A stretch of DNA of 64,000 bases from Eledone cirrhosa (taxonomy: Eukaryota), in the NCBI GenBank assembly GCA_964016885.1, contig OZ024744.1:2480001-2544000 (forward strand), in the 5' to 3' direction. Under the pieces are notes generated by a model. That model was not told the DNA's origin, searched no databases, and saw nothing but the letters and a program-made list of their open reading frames with translations. Of this stretch, positions 14,266-27,136 are shown one piece after another. A program made the translations under genes and the position numbers. How positions within the stretch are numbered: position 1 is the first letter of the stretch; each line of letters starts with the position of its first letter.

Positions 14266-15708
14266 CAATGTTGGACTGGAACCTAACACCACATCTAGCA
14301 TCAAACACCAGAGACACACCCTATACTACATACCCAACACTAGCTGATCCATTATAACACAAACAACGACATCCCTCTGGAACCCTTCGCAGGGAAAATA
14401 CCCATTTATACCTCTACGGCAGGTGTGACAACATCCACCCACCTGGACGGCACTACACCGCTCTAAGGGTAATTTGAGCATGAATTGATCGGTTGGATGG
14501 TGTTGGGCAGAGGAAACACCTTCCTTAGACAGATGTAAAATGATTTAATCGAGTAGCGCTGTTGACCAGTAGGACCAGGCTGCTGAACGCAGTGAGTGAA
14601 TGCAGTACAACTGCCGTGCGGGTTGTACGTATATGGATGATCTGACGGTCAGAGAGGGGTCGCGAGGACTGCGGATTGACCTTTGGCCTGCCTGGGGATG
14701 ATTATCTTTCGACATCCAATGTAGCAAGCGATGACCCAGATCTTACCAGAGATCATTGGGTCCTGAAGCAATCCTGCAATCACCGCGCCTGGTCATATGA
14801 GCAGACTACAACCATAGAGATCATTAATTTAGAATCCTCGCTCATCATCTATAATTTCCATTTGTAGCACCTTAAGATGGGTTAATCCACCCTAATAATA
14901 ATATGATCACCTTCAGCATAATTTAGTTAAACTACTCTATAGTTAGTACACTTTATGCTTTAAAAGTCTCTCTTGGAAGGTGCACCTCACCATAGAATTT
15001 AGGGTCTATATTGAGACACATTTTAATGGCTAGATATAGAAACCCCAGAGTTACCTCCCCGCATGCATTAACTCCCCTTAGCCACACACACACTTCCGGT
15101 ATTCAATGGCGTCTCTCGAAACGTAACAACCTCCTGTATCGAACTAAAGAACACCAGACTACGATCTCTAACTGGATTGTCGTGGATTATGTGAAAGGCA
15201 TATAATCGAAATATACACTCCCTTGACCATGAAAATACCGAAGTACATGAATTACTTGACATCCCTGCGCTGTGCATCTCCAATACTTATAACACTTTTA
15301 ATGCTTGCACTATCTTTAATGCTTATAATATTTCTCCACACACAGACTATATCAATCATATAAAGACTTTGCCACCAGATCTACCAACCTAACACTCTTA
15401 TTTACCTACCTAAGTGCCTCTACCACACATATCTCTCTGCCACACTATATAAACAAGACGCACATGCGTGCCACACATATAACATTTGCACTATATAACC
15501 ACTTATCTTCATGTTGTACTTTAACCTATATCTTTGATTTTTGATTGTACCTATTAATATAAATGTAATCTCGAAGTGTGTACTGCCACTCTAAATTCTG
15601 TAATGAATGTTGACCCACAATGTTTGAATATGTATCAATGTTTGAATATGTATTGGTATGTCTCTCGGCTGAAAAGGAGGTCATATAACTGTCCATGCAT
15701 TAATAAAT

Positions 15709-15755
15709 TGCTCCGAAGAATCCAAACCTCGGTTTGGAGGAAACAGCTGTAAGCA
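15709..15755 (+). ncRNA. Non-canonical hammerhead (U4C) of PLE family A (mirror 9922-9968 -)
   Basis: tgct CCGAAGA a-tccaaacc tc ggtttgga-g GAAA cagctg TA agca. Confidence 0.65.
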
Positions 15756-15975
15756 CAATAATGTTTTGAACAGTTCTTTGATTCTTATATTTCATATAAC
15801 TGCTCTGTAAATCATCTGATGTTTTTACATTGAGCTACTTAACTTACTGGTAATAAGGTAGTAATACATTACTGCCTACCACTATTTAGGGTGTGTGTAA
15901 AATACTTACAACTGCTTAAGGTTTTGTGTTTACATAACCATAAATAGTATAACTAATACTATATATATATATATA

Positions 15976-16038
<63 letters not shown>

Positions 16039-16044
16039 ATATAT

Positions 16045-16291
16045 AGAGATAGATAGATAAATATACACGGGTGTGTATGATTGTGTATAGAAGATTATAT
16101 TAATAAAAGGAATTCCAACTTTGTCTGATTTACTCGTTTTATTTACAATCCTTTAAAATTTATAATGGTATTATAATGAAATAGTATGATAGAATATTAA
16201 ATGTTAAGTGTTAATTGAACAAGGACTTTCATGCTTTCGCAATCATCAGATTCATAATGTGTGGTGACAGTCAAGTTTGCAATTTTCAACT
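16045..16291 (-). mobile_element. pLTR fragment (family of 36661-37110) with hammerhead at 16216-16254
   Basis: Near identity to the reverse complement of 36868-37110. Confidence 0.85.
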
Positions 16292-16344
16292 ATATGTATA
16301 TATATATATGTATATATGTATATATATATATATGTATATATGTA

Positions 16345-16395
<51 letters not shown>

Positions 16396-16446
16396 ATATA
16401 TATATGTATATATATATGTATAACACCAATCAAACCCCCTTTTATA

Positions 16447-16491
16447 GCTCTGACGAATCCTACGGTTACGTAAGGAAGAAACATTGTAAGC
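16447..16491 (+). ncRNA. Hammerhead motif in pLTR fragment 16420-16540
   Basis: gct CTGACGA atcctacggttacgtaaggaa GAAA cattg TA agc. Confidence 0.6.
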
Positions 16492-16590
16492 CAATAAAAA
16501 TCTTTTGATGTTGTAGACGCTCTTGTGTTCTTTATCATACATATATATGTATATATATATGTTTATATATATATATATATGTATATATAA

Positions 16591-16638
<48 letters not shown>

Positions 16639-16639
16639 G

Positions 16640-16671
<32 letters not shown>

Positions 16672-16693
16672 TATGTATGTATATATATATATA

Positions 16694-16771
<78 letters not shown>

Positions 16772-16846
16772 AATTACATATGTATATATATATATGTATA
16801 TATATATATGCGTGTGAAATGCTGAACATATATATATATATTTGAA

Positions 16847-18672
16847 ATACTGAACGAACAGTACAAAAGTGTGTTCACATGTCCACTGAGGCACATGCAA
16901 GTAACGAAGCCAGAGGAGTTCTTTGATGCCACAACACTATATTAAGAAATGGCGACCATCAACCACATAGACATAACGGAGGAGGATGTGGCGTACGCCA
17001 TTGATGAAATTAGAACAGACTAAGCTGCTGGACCTGATGGATTCCCAGCAGTTATCTTAAAACATGTAAGCGGGCCTTAGCAACTCCACTGAAGATGCTC
17101 TTCAGAAGCTCCTTGGCTAGCAGTGTACTACCCAGGGAGCTGAAAGAAGGCACAATATGCCCTATCTATAAAGGAGGTAGCAGAGCGGAGGCCAAAAACT
17201 ATAGGCCAGTCTCCCTGACGTCGCATATCAGTAAGGTCATGGAGCGAGTCGTCAGAGAAAAACTGATCACTTTCCTCGAGGAAAATGACCGCCTGACTAG
17301 CACGCAACATGGCTTCCGCCCAGGAAGAAGCTGCCTTACACAGCTGCTACATCACTGCGACTGGGTACTGAAACAAGTACTAGATATCTCACATGTGGAC
17401 GTGATATATCTTGACTTTGCGAAGGCCTTTGACAAGGTCGACCACAGAATGATATGTCACAAACTACACGGACTCGACATAACTGGAAAAGTAGGTGAGT
17501 GGCTGCATGACTTCCTAAAGGACAGAAGCCAGACAGTCGCAGCAAATGGGGTCCTCTCAAAGGAAACACCAATAACAAGTGGGGTGCCCCAGGGGACAGT
17601 CCTGGGACCAATACTGTTTTTGGTGGCTCGCTCAGACATGCCCTCTGTAGTACATACAACAACATCCCTCACTAGCTATGCTGATGACACTAAGGTAGCA
17701 CAGGCAATCAAAAACCCGGCTGACGCTGCCCTTTTACAACAAGATCTGGATGCCATATACAAATGGGCGGAAGAAAGCAACATGCAGTTTAATGCTGGCA
17801 AATTCCAAGCCCTACAATACAAACCTCCAAACAAACCTGCAAACACAAATATAGTACAACACAACTACACAGGACCAGGAGGAACCGATATCCTCGTGTC
17901 AAAATCGATAAGAGACCTGGGCATAGACATGAGCGATGATGCATCTTTTTCCTCACACATCATGAAAGTGGCGACAATGTGCAGACGACTCGCTGGCTGG
18001 ATCTTGAGGACTTTCCGGACAAGAGATCGAGACACCATGTTGACACTATGGAGGACATTTGTCCTAAGCCGCCTGGACTACTGCTCCCAGTTGTGGTCAC
18101 CCCATAGAGTCAAACTAACCACGGAGCTTGAGGCAATCCAGCGAAGCGACACCAAGAGGATTGCCACGATGAAGGAGACAAGCTACTGGGAGAGGCTAAA
18201 GGAACTGAACCTCTACTCCTTGGAACAAAGACGGGAGAGATACGCAGTGATCTACATGTGGAAAATCCTGGAGGGACTAGCACCAAACTTTAGCATTGGG
18301 AGCTGGACCAGCCATCGAACAGGACGTCACTGTGTGTTGCCAAAGGTCCCGTCTTCCACATCTAGAAGAAGGAGCAGGTATTGCAATAGCCTGGGATTCA
18401 AGGGCCCTCAACTCTTCAACAAGCTGCCCAGGGATCTGAGAGATATGCATGACGTGGAGGTGGATGTCTTCAAGAAACATCTCGACACCTTGTTATCCAG
18501 GATCCCGGATGAGCCCACAGCAAGGCACGAGGGAAACCTAGGGGAGCAGCAACAAACTCCCTCTTACACCAGTGGCCAACCTATACAGGCTGGAGATAAA
18601 ATGTGTAGCAACAAGCGCGGTGCCCCAGCATGGCCTCAGCCGAATGTCTGAAACAGGTAAAAGAGTAAAATA
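16847..18672 (+). mobile_element. 5'-truncated CR1/L2-group LINE (RT ORF 17095-18651)
   Basis: NYRPVSLTS, QHGFRPGRSC, YLDFAKAFDKV, GVPQGTVLGP, YADD, LDYCSQLWSP; short gtaaaa tail repeats. Confidence 0.92.
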
Positions 18673-18708
18673 GTATATATTTATATATATATGTATATAT
18701 ACATATAT

Positions 18709-18900
18709 GGAAAAAGAGATATATTTTAATTTTAATTATATCTCATATAAAATAATACAACTGGCTTTCCGCAAAATACATATAGTTATCACCCCAAACA
18801 TAAAATTGGGATTATACTAAGGTATATCCTAATGTTTGTTGAGTGAGATGGTAGCCAGTCAGAGTATAGCTTAAGGCTTTCTCTGTTAATGTATTGAATA
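18709..18900 (+). mobile_element. Diverged pLTR 3' fragment related to 27940-28096 (-)
   Basis: Shared aagagatatatt...tctcatat-aaataataca...cacccc...aattggga blocks. Confidence 0.55.
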
Positions 18901-18916
18901 TGTATATATATATATG

Positions 18917-18997
<81 letters not shown>

Positions 18998-19044
18998 GAC
19001 ATAAATAAGAAAGTTATGAGAATTGACTTACTTACTAAAATTTC

Positions 19045-19123
19045 ACTCCAACTAATTAGTTTCTGTAAGGGGATAAATATAGTTACGTAATAACTATAGA
19101 GAAGCCTTACGTCATCAGGGAGT
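19045..19123 (-). ncRNA. Hammerhead motif
   Basis: Minus: actcc CTGATGA c-gtaagg...ccttac-a GAAA ctaattag TT ggagt. Confidence 0.72.
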
Positions 19124-19395
19124 CTATTCTCAGCTAAGTTTCCAGGCAATGCGGGGACACTGGGAACTTATATAAAAATAATTCAGTGGATGGAAAAAAG
19201 CGAGCGGGGCTAGATTCCAAGCCATTGAAAAATTCACTGCCTTCTTGGTCAAGTGGCAAATTCAAAAGAATCAATCACGTGACACTGAGGTTAACCAGCT
19301 TGGAGTGGGGGTGCTATTAAGACAGAGCCTAGCTACTACTATCAGTCACAGTAGTAATTTGGCAAATTTTGCTCAACAAATAATTTGGAGATAAT

Positions 19396-19654
19396 TATAA
19401 AGAATTAATATATCTACCGATATATGTATACAGATGCATACCTATGCTAGCAGATATATATGTTGTGTCTTAGTAACTTTGTGGTTCTATGCAGGGGAAT
19501 GCAGAACAATTATATGTTCTGCATTCCCCTGCATAGAACCACAATTATTGTTTTGCATTCCCCTGCATAGAACCACAAAGTTACTAAGACAAAACATATA
19601 TATCTGCTAGCAGAGGTATGCATCTGTATACATATGTCGGTAGATATATTAATT

Positions 19655-19659
<5 letters not shown>
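19396..19659. repeat. Fold-back pLTR-type inverted repeat with duplicated centre
   Basis: 19396-19508 inverts about 19547-19659; the inner ~35 bp occurs twice on the right. Confidence 0.85.
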
Positions 19660-19696
<37 letters not shown>

Positions 19697-20339
19697 GTCA
19701 GGTCACCAGTTGGTGCTACTGGTGCTACTGGTAACATGTATCCCAGTACAACCTGTCTCATGGTCGGGTCGTTGGCGACTAAACTGGCAACCCCACCAAG
19801 GTTTCTTGGTGAGGAGGGTGACTTTGGACATCCTGCAGGACTAAAAACAAAACCTGTCAAAGGGCAAAGGAGCTCTTAAGAGTCAATGGCCATCCAAAAT
19901 CACCGGGAGAGATGACCCCTTAGCCTTTGTCAAGGCAGAATTCTAGGAGAAGGAAAACTCTGATATAACACCTGCAACCCTGATGGTATCCAATGATGTT
20001 GACTTGTTCTTCTTTTTGGTAAATATCATCTTGGTTAAGAGAGTGGGACTGGCTTTGTGCAGTGCCTTTGCTCACTATAAAAGCTTCACGGCACAGGCAT
20101 TGCTTTATATCTGGAGATCTCTCTGCACTTGTCGTCACATGGTACCATGGGCCCAACACTATGTGTCAATAATTGTCACAAGTGTAGTCTTTGTACCAGA
20201 GTTTTCAAGTCGCTGGCTGGACTAAAAAGTCACACTCGTTCAGCGCATCAGTAGGGGTTCTCCTACATGGATATAAAGTAGTGGCCGTACTCGAAAACGA
20301 GTTGGCAGCCACCATATATATATATATGTATATTTATAT

Positions 20340-20426
<87 letters not shown>

Positions 20427-20540
20427 AATATGTATATATATATATATGTATATAGATATATATATGTATATATATATCTATATGTATATATCTATATGTA
20501 TATATATATGTAAATATATATATGTATATATATATATATT

Positions 20541-20573
<33 letters not shown>

Positions 20574-20597
20574 TTATATATATATATATATGTATAT

Positions 20598-20960
20598 ATG
20601 GGTGCTACACGAGAATGTTGAGGATGGCTCTGAACATTAATCAGTATACACTGAGGATGAAAAACTCAGAGCTGTATGGGAGCATCCCAAGAGTCAGCTC
20701 AAAAGTGACACAGAGGAGACTGAAGTTGGCTGGACATGCTCACCGACATCCGGAGTTGACATTGCACTCAGTGCTCCTTTGGGAGCCCCTACATGGACAC
20801 ACTAGAAGAGGAAGACCAAGGTTAACATATGTTGATGCCCTAAGGACAGACACTGGTCTGCTGGAGATGCAGGATATGGCAGCGATAATGAGGGACAGAG
20901 ACCGCTGGAGAGAACTCGTCCATGGATCTCGGGAATTTTACCCGCCTTAGATAGATAGAT
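20598..20960 (+). mobile_element. RTE-clade LINE 3' fragment
   Basis: RMLRMALNI...RRLKLAGH...LWEP...RRGRPRLTY; (TAGA)n tail. Related degenerate piece at 38384-38610. Confidence 0.8.
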
Positions 20961-20979
20961 ATGTATATATATATATGTA

Positions 20980-21196
20980 GTGAAGGCGTGTGGCTGAGTG
21001 GTTAGAGAATTGGATTCGCAATCGTAAGGTTGTGAGTTCGATTCCCGGACCAGGCGATGCGTTATGTCCTTGAGCAAGACACTTTATTTCACGTTGCTCC
21101 TTCTACCTGGAGTTGCGACCGATAGATAGTATTAGCAATTGGAAAGACCAACGGAAACATTGTTCCCTCGGTCCGATTTGACGAAAGTCGATCGTT
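20980..21196 (+). mobile_element. tRNA-derived SINE (family 1)
   Basis: A/B boxes; near-identical to 5948-6164. Confidence 0.88.
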
Positions 21197-21368
21197 CCTT
21201 ATATATATATGTATATATATCTATCTCTCTCTCTCTATATATATATATATGGGGGGTGAATTGGTACTCACAGGGGAACGGATGAAGAACCCAAAAGCAC
21301 ACACTTCGTCCGTTCCAATGGCGATTCAACTTGGATTGCCTCGGAAACATAACCTTATTGTGTAATAA

Positions 21369-21442
21369 GCTGTCTGATGATGTCACGACACTCGCACACA
21401 GAACAGTGTGGCCAGTGTCGTCATTGAAATATATATCACAGC
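21369..21442 (+). ncRNA. Hammerhead motif in pLTR fragment (about 21250-21648)
   Basis: gctgt CTGATGA tgtcacgacact...agtgtcgtcatt GAAA tatata TC acagc. Confidence 0.75.
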
Positions 21443-21862
21443 ATTATTATTACGGGGTCGATAAAATAAAGTACCAGTAATGTACTTGGTAATTGCTGGC
21501 CTTGTGCCTAAAGTAGAAACATTATTATTAAAGGACTTGAACATCTTAAACTACTTCGGTTTTACGTATTCGTTATTTACTCCGTCACTCCTATGTGGAA
21601 AATGTATGTTGAGTGCTTGAAATGAATTGCATCAATGTTTACCCTAAGTATATATATATATATATATATATATACGGGGTAACAAATTATTGTCATAGGT
21701 AGTCCACTTAAGTGTAGTCCAGTTATGGTAGTCCGTGTAGTGGATGATATCAACGCTTGGCTAAGTATATATATATAACTTTGAATAACTTTGAAATGTT
21801 TTGGCCAGTATTGGCCCAGGCCATGTCTAACTTAATAGCACCACCTGGCGAAGTCTTTCAAT

Positions 21863-24800
21863 TCAGGATTTGGGCACCATGGCCCATTCGAGAAGAGAAT
21901 TACTGTTTGCGGAGACATATCCGGGTGTGGGTGGTATGTCCGGGATTACTTGGAGGAATTTTTCCAAAGACTTCTTGAATTTTGTGTGGTCAGTTTCTGT
22001 TTTGACGTGTCCTGGTGTGATGTTGAAGAGAGCAGGGCCAATTGAGGTGAAATAATTGTGCCGTATTGTTGTTATGAGTTGCGATTTAGATTTTTGTTTG
22101 GGACGGATAGCACGGGGCCCAAGCCTTCGGTGTATTTTGAAGGTGGTGCCAACATCATTTGGGCAGTGCTGATGAAACATTTTCCAGATCATGAAGATAA
22201 TATAACGCTCACAGCGACGTTGGAGTGAGTAAAGTTTCCGCTTTTCTAGTCGACTCCAGTAGTCAAGGTCTGACATGCCATCTATCTTTTTCCTGATTGC
22301 CCTTTGGGGAGCTTCAAGTTTCATGATACTTTATTTCGTGGGGAGACCACAGTGGACAACAGTATTCAAGGTGTGGTCGGGCAAAAGTGGAGAAGAGAAG
22401 GATAATGGTGTGGGAATCTCTCGACTGGAAGGTTCTGAGGATCCAGGAACACATTCTGCGGGCCATGCCAACTTTGCTGCTTATATGCGTGGCCCAGCTT
22501 ATGTTGCTGTCCACGGTTACTCCCAAGTCTCTGATGTTGTTAGATGCTATGAGAGTTTCACCGGAGGAAAGGGAGTACGGGAGTTTCAGAGTATCCTCTT
22601 TTCCAAAGTGGATCAGTTCGAATTAATTTGTTTTCGTTCAGTAACATGTTGTTCTTTTCCGCCCATTGGGTAACAGCCAGTAGGTCTGACTGAAGGCTTA
22701 TCCGGTCATCCACACCATTGATGACCTTTTGGAGCTTGGAATCATCAGTGAAAATTCTAATGTTGCTGTGTTTGATGATGTCAGTAATGTCATTAATATA
22801 GATGATGAAGAGAAGTGGGTCCAACACAGTGCCTTGTGGGACCCCACTACTGACTTTGGCTGGGCTGGATTTGACTCCTTCGACTACAACATGTTGGGTT
22901 CTGTTTGACAGGAAGCTCTTGATCCACTACAGCAGCTTTTCGCTTTTCAGTGACACCAATATTGGACAGCTTTCTCAGTAGAATGTTGTGATCAACCCTG
23001 TCAAAGGCCTTGTTGAAATCAAGGTAGATAACATCAGTGTTAGAACCCTCTCCCAAGGCTCTCAAAGTGATGCAGTAGCTGCGTCAGGCAATCCCTTCCA
23101 TTACGGAATCCATGCTGGTTGGAGTTCAGCATATTGTTACTCTCAAGGAAGTGAGTCATTCGCGATCTCACCACTCTCTCAAATACCTTAATGATATGAG
23201 AGGTGAGTGAGATTGGACGGTAATTCACGACAAGGGATTTGTTTCCTTTTTTGAAAACTGGGACAACAGACTGGGATAGAAGGTTTTCTGGCATATATCC
23301 AGCATCCAGTGAGTTCCGCCACAGATTGGCAAGAGGAGATGCAAGTTGGTGTTGACACGCCTTCAAGACACAAGCAGGGAACCTATCGGGACCTACTGCT
23401 GAATTATGCTTGATTTCCTTTATTGCCGCTAAGACATCAGGGGCGCCAAACATTATGTCCGATAAGGTGAAATGGGGAGTAACATCGCCGATACAGCCCA
23501 GATTGGCCATATCAGGATTGCTGAAAACAGAGCAGTATTGTTTCTGCAGTATCTCACCCATGGTTTTAGCATTATCTTGAAGAGTGCCATTTTAATCAAT
23601 TAGAGGGCCAACGGTAGAGCCAGTGATTTTGTGCTTTTTTGCAAATGAAAAGAACACTTTGGGATTGAGTTTGATCTTCTCAATGGCCCAGGCCTCTTCA
23701 GCTCTTCTCTGATTGTTGATGATAGACATCATATTGTTTTGGAGGTTACATTTTTTAATCTCTAGTGATGAAATGGCAGTCAAGTTGATGTGTTGCTGCT
23801 GACAGTATTTCAGCTTGTTAATTTTTTTTGTTAGTTCTCTTAATTTCCCTGATGAGCGTTTTTCTATTTCTAGGGATTCTACTCTTAGATTTGTTTTATA
23901 GATAGTTCTTAATGGGGTGTGTTTTGCACATATGTTTGTAACAGTGTCCACAAATGTCCGCCAGGACTTTTTGATGTTAGTGAGTGTGTGAGTGTGCGTG
24001 AAGGACCAGTCGACATGTACAAGATCATGACTGATCGCTTCCCAGTTTGCATTGTGGAAATCCATAGCGTCAAACGGATGGACAGGAGAGATGACATTGG
24101 GTTTGTATATTGGACGGTGGAATATCAGATCACAGAGAACCATATCATGATCAGAGAGTAGAGTTTTCTCCACTGCAATATTGTGGATAGTGTCAGTGTG
24201 ATTGCTGAAAATTAAGTCTAGGACGTTTTTGTGGCACCTCGTTGGTTCGAGCACCAGTTGGGACAGGAAGAAATCATCCATGAAGTCAAGAAGCGATTCC
24301 ACTGCTTCCCTGTCAGAGGTTGAGGCAGAAGAACCTGGTGGCAGGCTGTTTGTGGACCAGTCAACTCCGGGGAGGTTGAAGTCCCCCGTCATTAAGATGC
24401 TGTCAGGGTGACACTCTTGGATGAAACACTTTATGCTGTTGAGGCATTCCTTGAAGCATGGTAGAGGCGTTTGGGGTGGCCTATAGAGCCCAACTTCTAT
24501 TAGGTTGTTGGTTTGACTGAATACAGTGACTGCTTCGCAGTATCCATTAGTGAATATGTTCATAGTCTCTGTTGAGAAAGAATTATAGACATAAATGGCA
24601 GTCCCACCCTTTCTTCTGCCAACGCGATCAGCACGGATGGCTTTGAAATGTTTCACTTTCACCTCGGCTTCCAAGTGGAGGTTACTGAGATGGGTTTCAG
24701 TGAGGACCAAGAAAGGTATGTGGTTTGGATGGACATCAACCCAGTCCTCCAGGAATTTGATCTTCCATTTTTGACTATTGGTGGAAGGGCTGATGCCTTG

Positions 24801-24887
24801 GGCGTTAAGCAAAAATGTTGAGGCGAGAGTGGATGGTTTTAATTGTTTTGGTGTGTTGTTAATTTGTTTGTTTGTTAATGGCAGCAA
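21863..24887 (-). pseudogene. LINE ORF2 (APE endonuclease + RT) with several frameshifts
   Basis: LTETHL, RKGGTAIY, LYRPP, GDFN, LDLIFSN, SDH; NYRPISLTS, NQHGFR, YLDFNKAFD, FTDD, LEYCCPLWSP. Confidence 0.9.
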
Positions 24888-25496
24888 TGGGAGTTTGTGC
24901 AGTGGGGTGATAGTGGAGGGTGGTGCTGGGTGATAGCTCGAATGTTTTTTTCCAGTTCTTTTGCCAGATTCATTAAGGCTAAAAAAGAGGAAGAAGTTTC
25001 CTGTTTAGGGGACTGTTGGTGACTGTGGTAGTGGTTATTTTTATGTAGGTTATGGTTTTTGTTTTTGCTTTTATTTTTATTTTTATTTTCATTTGTCCGA
25101 CGAGTCCCCGGGAGATGGGTAAAGGGACAATCCCGGTGTAAACACAATCTGTCTCGCTGGGAAAAGCGGCAAATTTGTGGATTCCTTGTTTGAGTTGTTG
25201 GTGGTTGTGTTGGTGTTAAATTAAAGTATGTATTATGGTGGTGGCTGTTGTTTGTGGGGATAGACCGTTTTGTCCTAGGTAAATGGGTGAATTTGCAGCC
25301 ACTATCCGTACATATTCTATAGCGTAGAGAGTAGCGTCAAATGATGGGGTTTCGAGTGGGTGTGTATGTGTGCGTGTGTGTGGTGTGAGAGGTGTAGATG
25401 ATAGTTTAAGTACGTTTTGACGACCTTTGTAGGCTGTGGGAAGGAGAGTTCTTGTACTTGTATTTGGAGGTAAATTCCTTGAGATAGCAGTAGGCA

Positions 25497-25580
<84 letters not shown>

Positions 25581-26245
25581 GCAGAGGTGATGATTGGACT
25601 GCTGTGGCAGAGAAAGGAAGAGGCGTTTCCTGCTGTGAGACAGTGGCTACTGGGAGGTCAATAGTTTCATTTAGTAGATCGGCCATTGTTGATGAATCAA
25701 GGAGTGGTTCACACTGTTGTTGTTGTTGTAGTTGTTGTAGCTGTTGTTGTTGCTGTTGTGGCTGTTGTTGCTGTTGTTGTTGTTGTTGCTGCTGTTGCTG
25801 TTGTTGTTGTTGCTGTTGTTGCTGTTGTTGTTGTTGTCGTTGTTGTTGCTGTTGTTGTTGTTGCTGCTGTTGCTGTTGTTGTTGTTGCTGTTGTTGCTGT
25901 TGTTGTTGTAGCTGTTGTTGTTCTTGTTGTTGTTGTTGCCGTTGTTGCTGCTGTTGTAAAAACACACCGTAGTTTATCCAAATGTTTATTGATTAATTTA
26001 AAAACAACTTCGATTTGCTTTAATTTATTTTGAATCTGTTGTTCAGATCGGGTTTTCAAAAGCTGAACTGTACGTTTAGCAATGTCGTTCAGACAAGAAG
26101 CATCTATGTCTTCTGTTTGGGTAAGGCAATGCCATGTGTTTATTAGAATGTCGATTTCATTATCAGACCAGTTCTGTTTGGATTTTTGCTGGTTATCCAT
26201 TCTAGTTTTGAGTGTGTGTGTGTGTGTTTTAGTTAAGTATATCAA
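24875..26245 (-). pseudogene. LINE ORF1: Myb/SANT-like N-terminus, polyQ/polyT linker, two CCCH fingers (frameshifted)
   Basis: NWSDNEIDILINTW...RSEQQIQNKLK; (CAA/CAG)n at about 25715-25957, (ACT)n at 25498-25580; CRFSQRDRLCLHRDCPFTH and *RYSLRYRICTDSGCKFTH. Confidence 0.75.
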
Positions 26246-26441
26246 TATATTTGTTTTTCTTGATATTTGTTTTTCTTGTGTGTGAGTGAGAAGAGTATAT
26301 ATAAATATGAGTATATATATATAAATATATACTGGTTATTTGGTTGTTTGAAATTAATGAAATTAATGAAAAGACGAAAGTATATAATAATTTGTAGTTA
26401 AAGGAAAATGTACTGTTGGTAAACACTTGGTTTCAAATATG

Positions 26442-26530
<89 letters not shown>

Positions 26531-26549
26531 GTATATATATATGTATATA

Positions 26550-26646
<97 letters not shown>

Positions 26647-26833
26647 ATATATGTATATATATGTATGAAAGTATATATATGTATATATATATATATTTAT
26701 GTATATATGTATATATATATGTATAAATGTATATATATATATATGTATATATATATGTATATATATATGTATATATGTATATATATACATGTATATATAT
26801 ATGTATATATATATATATGTATATATATATATG

Positions 26834-26904
<71 letters not shown>

Positions 26905-26936
26905 ATATATACATGTATATAAACATATGTATATAA

Positions 26937-26983
<47 letters not shown>

Positions 26984-26997
26984 TAGATATATATATG

Positions 26998-27029
<32 letters not shown>

Positions 27030-27048
27030 AGTATATATATATATATAA

Positions 27049-27134
<86 letters not shown>

Positions 27135-27136
<2 letters not shown>

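Larger units (their letters stand above)
9879..15962 (+). mobile_element. Young full-length Hydra-clade-like Penelope-like element (family A)
   Basis: 9879-11541 is the reverse complement of 14136-15798; 11538-11763 is a direct repeat of 15737-15962; single long ORF; ends in (TA)n with no TSD. Confidence 0.95.
21777..26430 (-). mobile_element. Full-length, degenerate CR1/L2-group LINE (ORF1 + APE-RT ORF2)
   Basis: ORF1 about 24875-26245; APE 23592-24887; RT pieces 21863-23561; (TTCAAAGTTA)2 tail; flanked by (TA)n. Confidence 0.92.

Noticed and set aside
10394-15283. Mirrored 60-71 aa ORFs in both pLTR copies
   Set aside because: Identical only because of the recent inversion; no recognisable domains.
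20980-21060. tRNA gene
   Set aside because: A/B boxes continue into SINE core and tail, and the sequence is multi-copy.
25436-26033. PolyC, polyV and polyN ORFs
   Set aside because: Alternative frames or antisense of the trinucleotide repeats in LINE ORF1.
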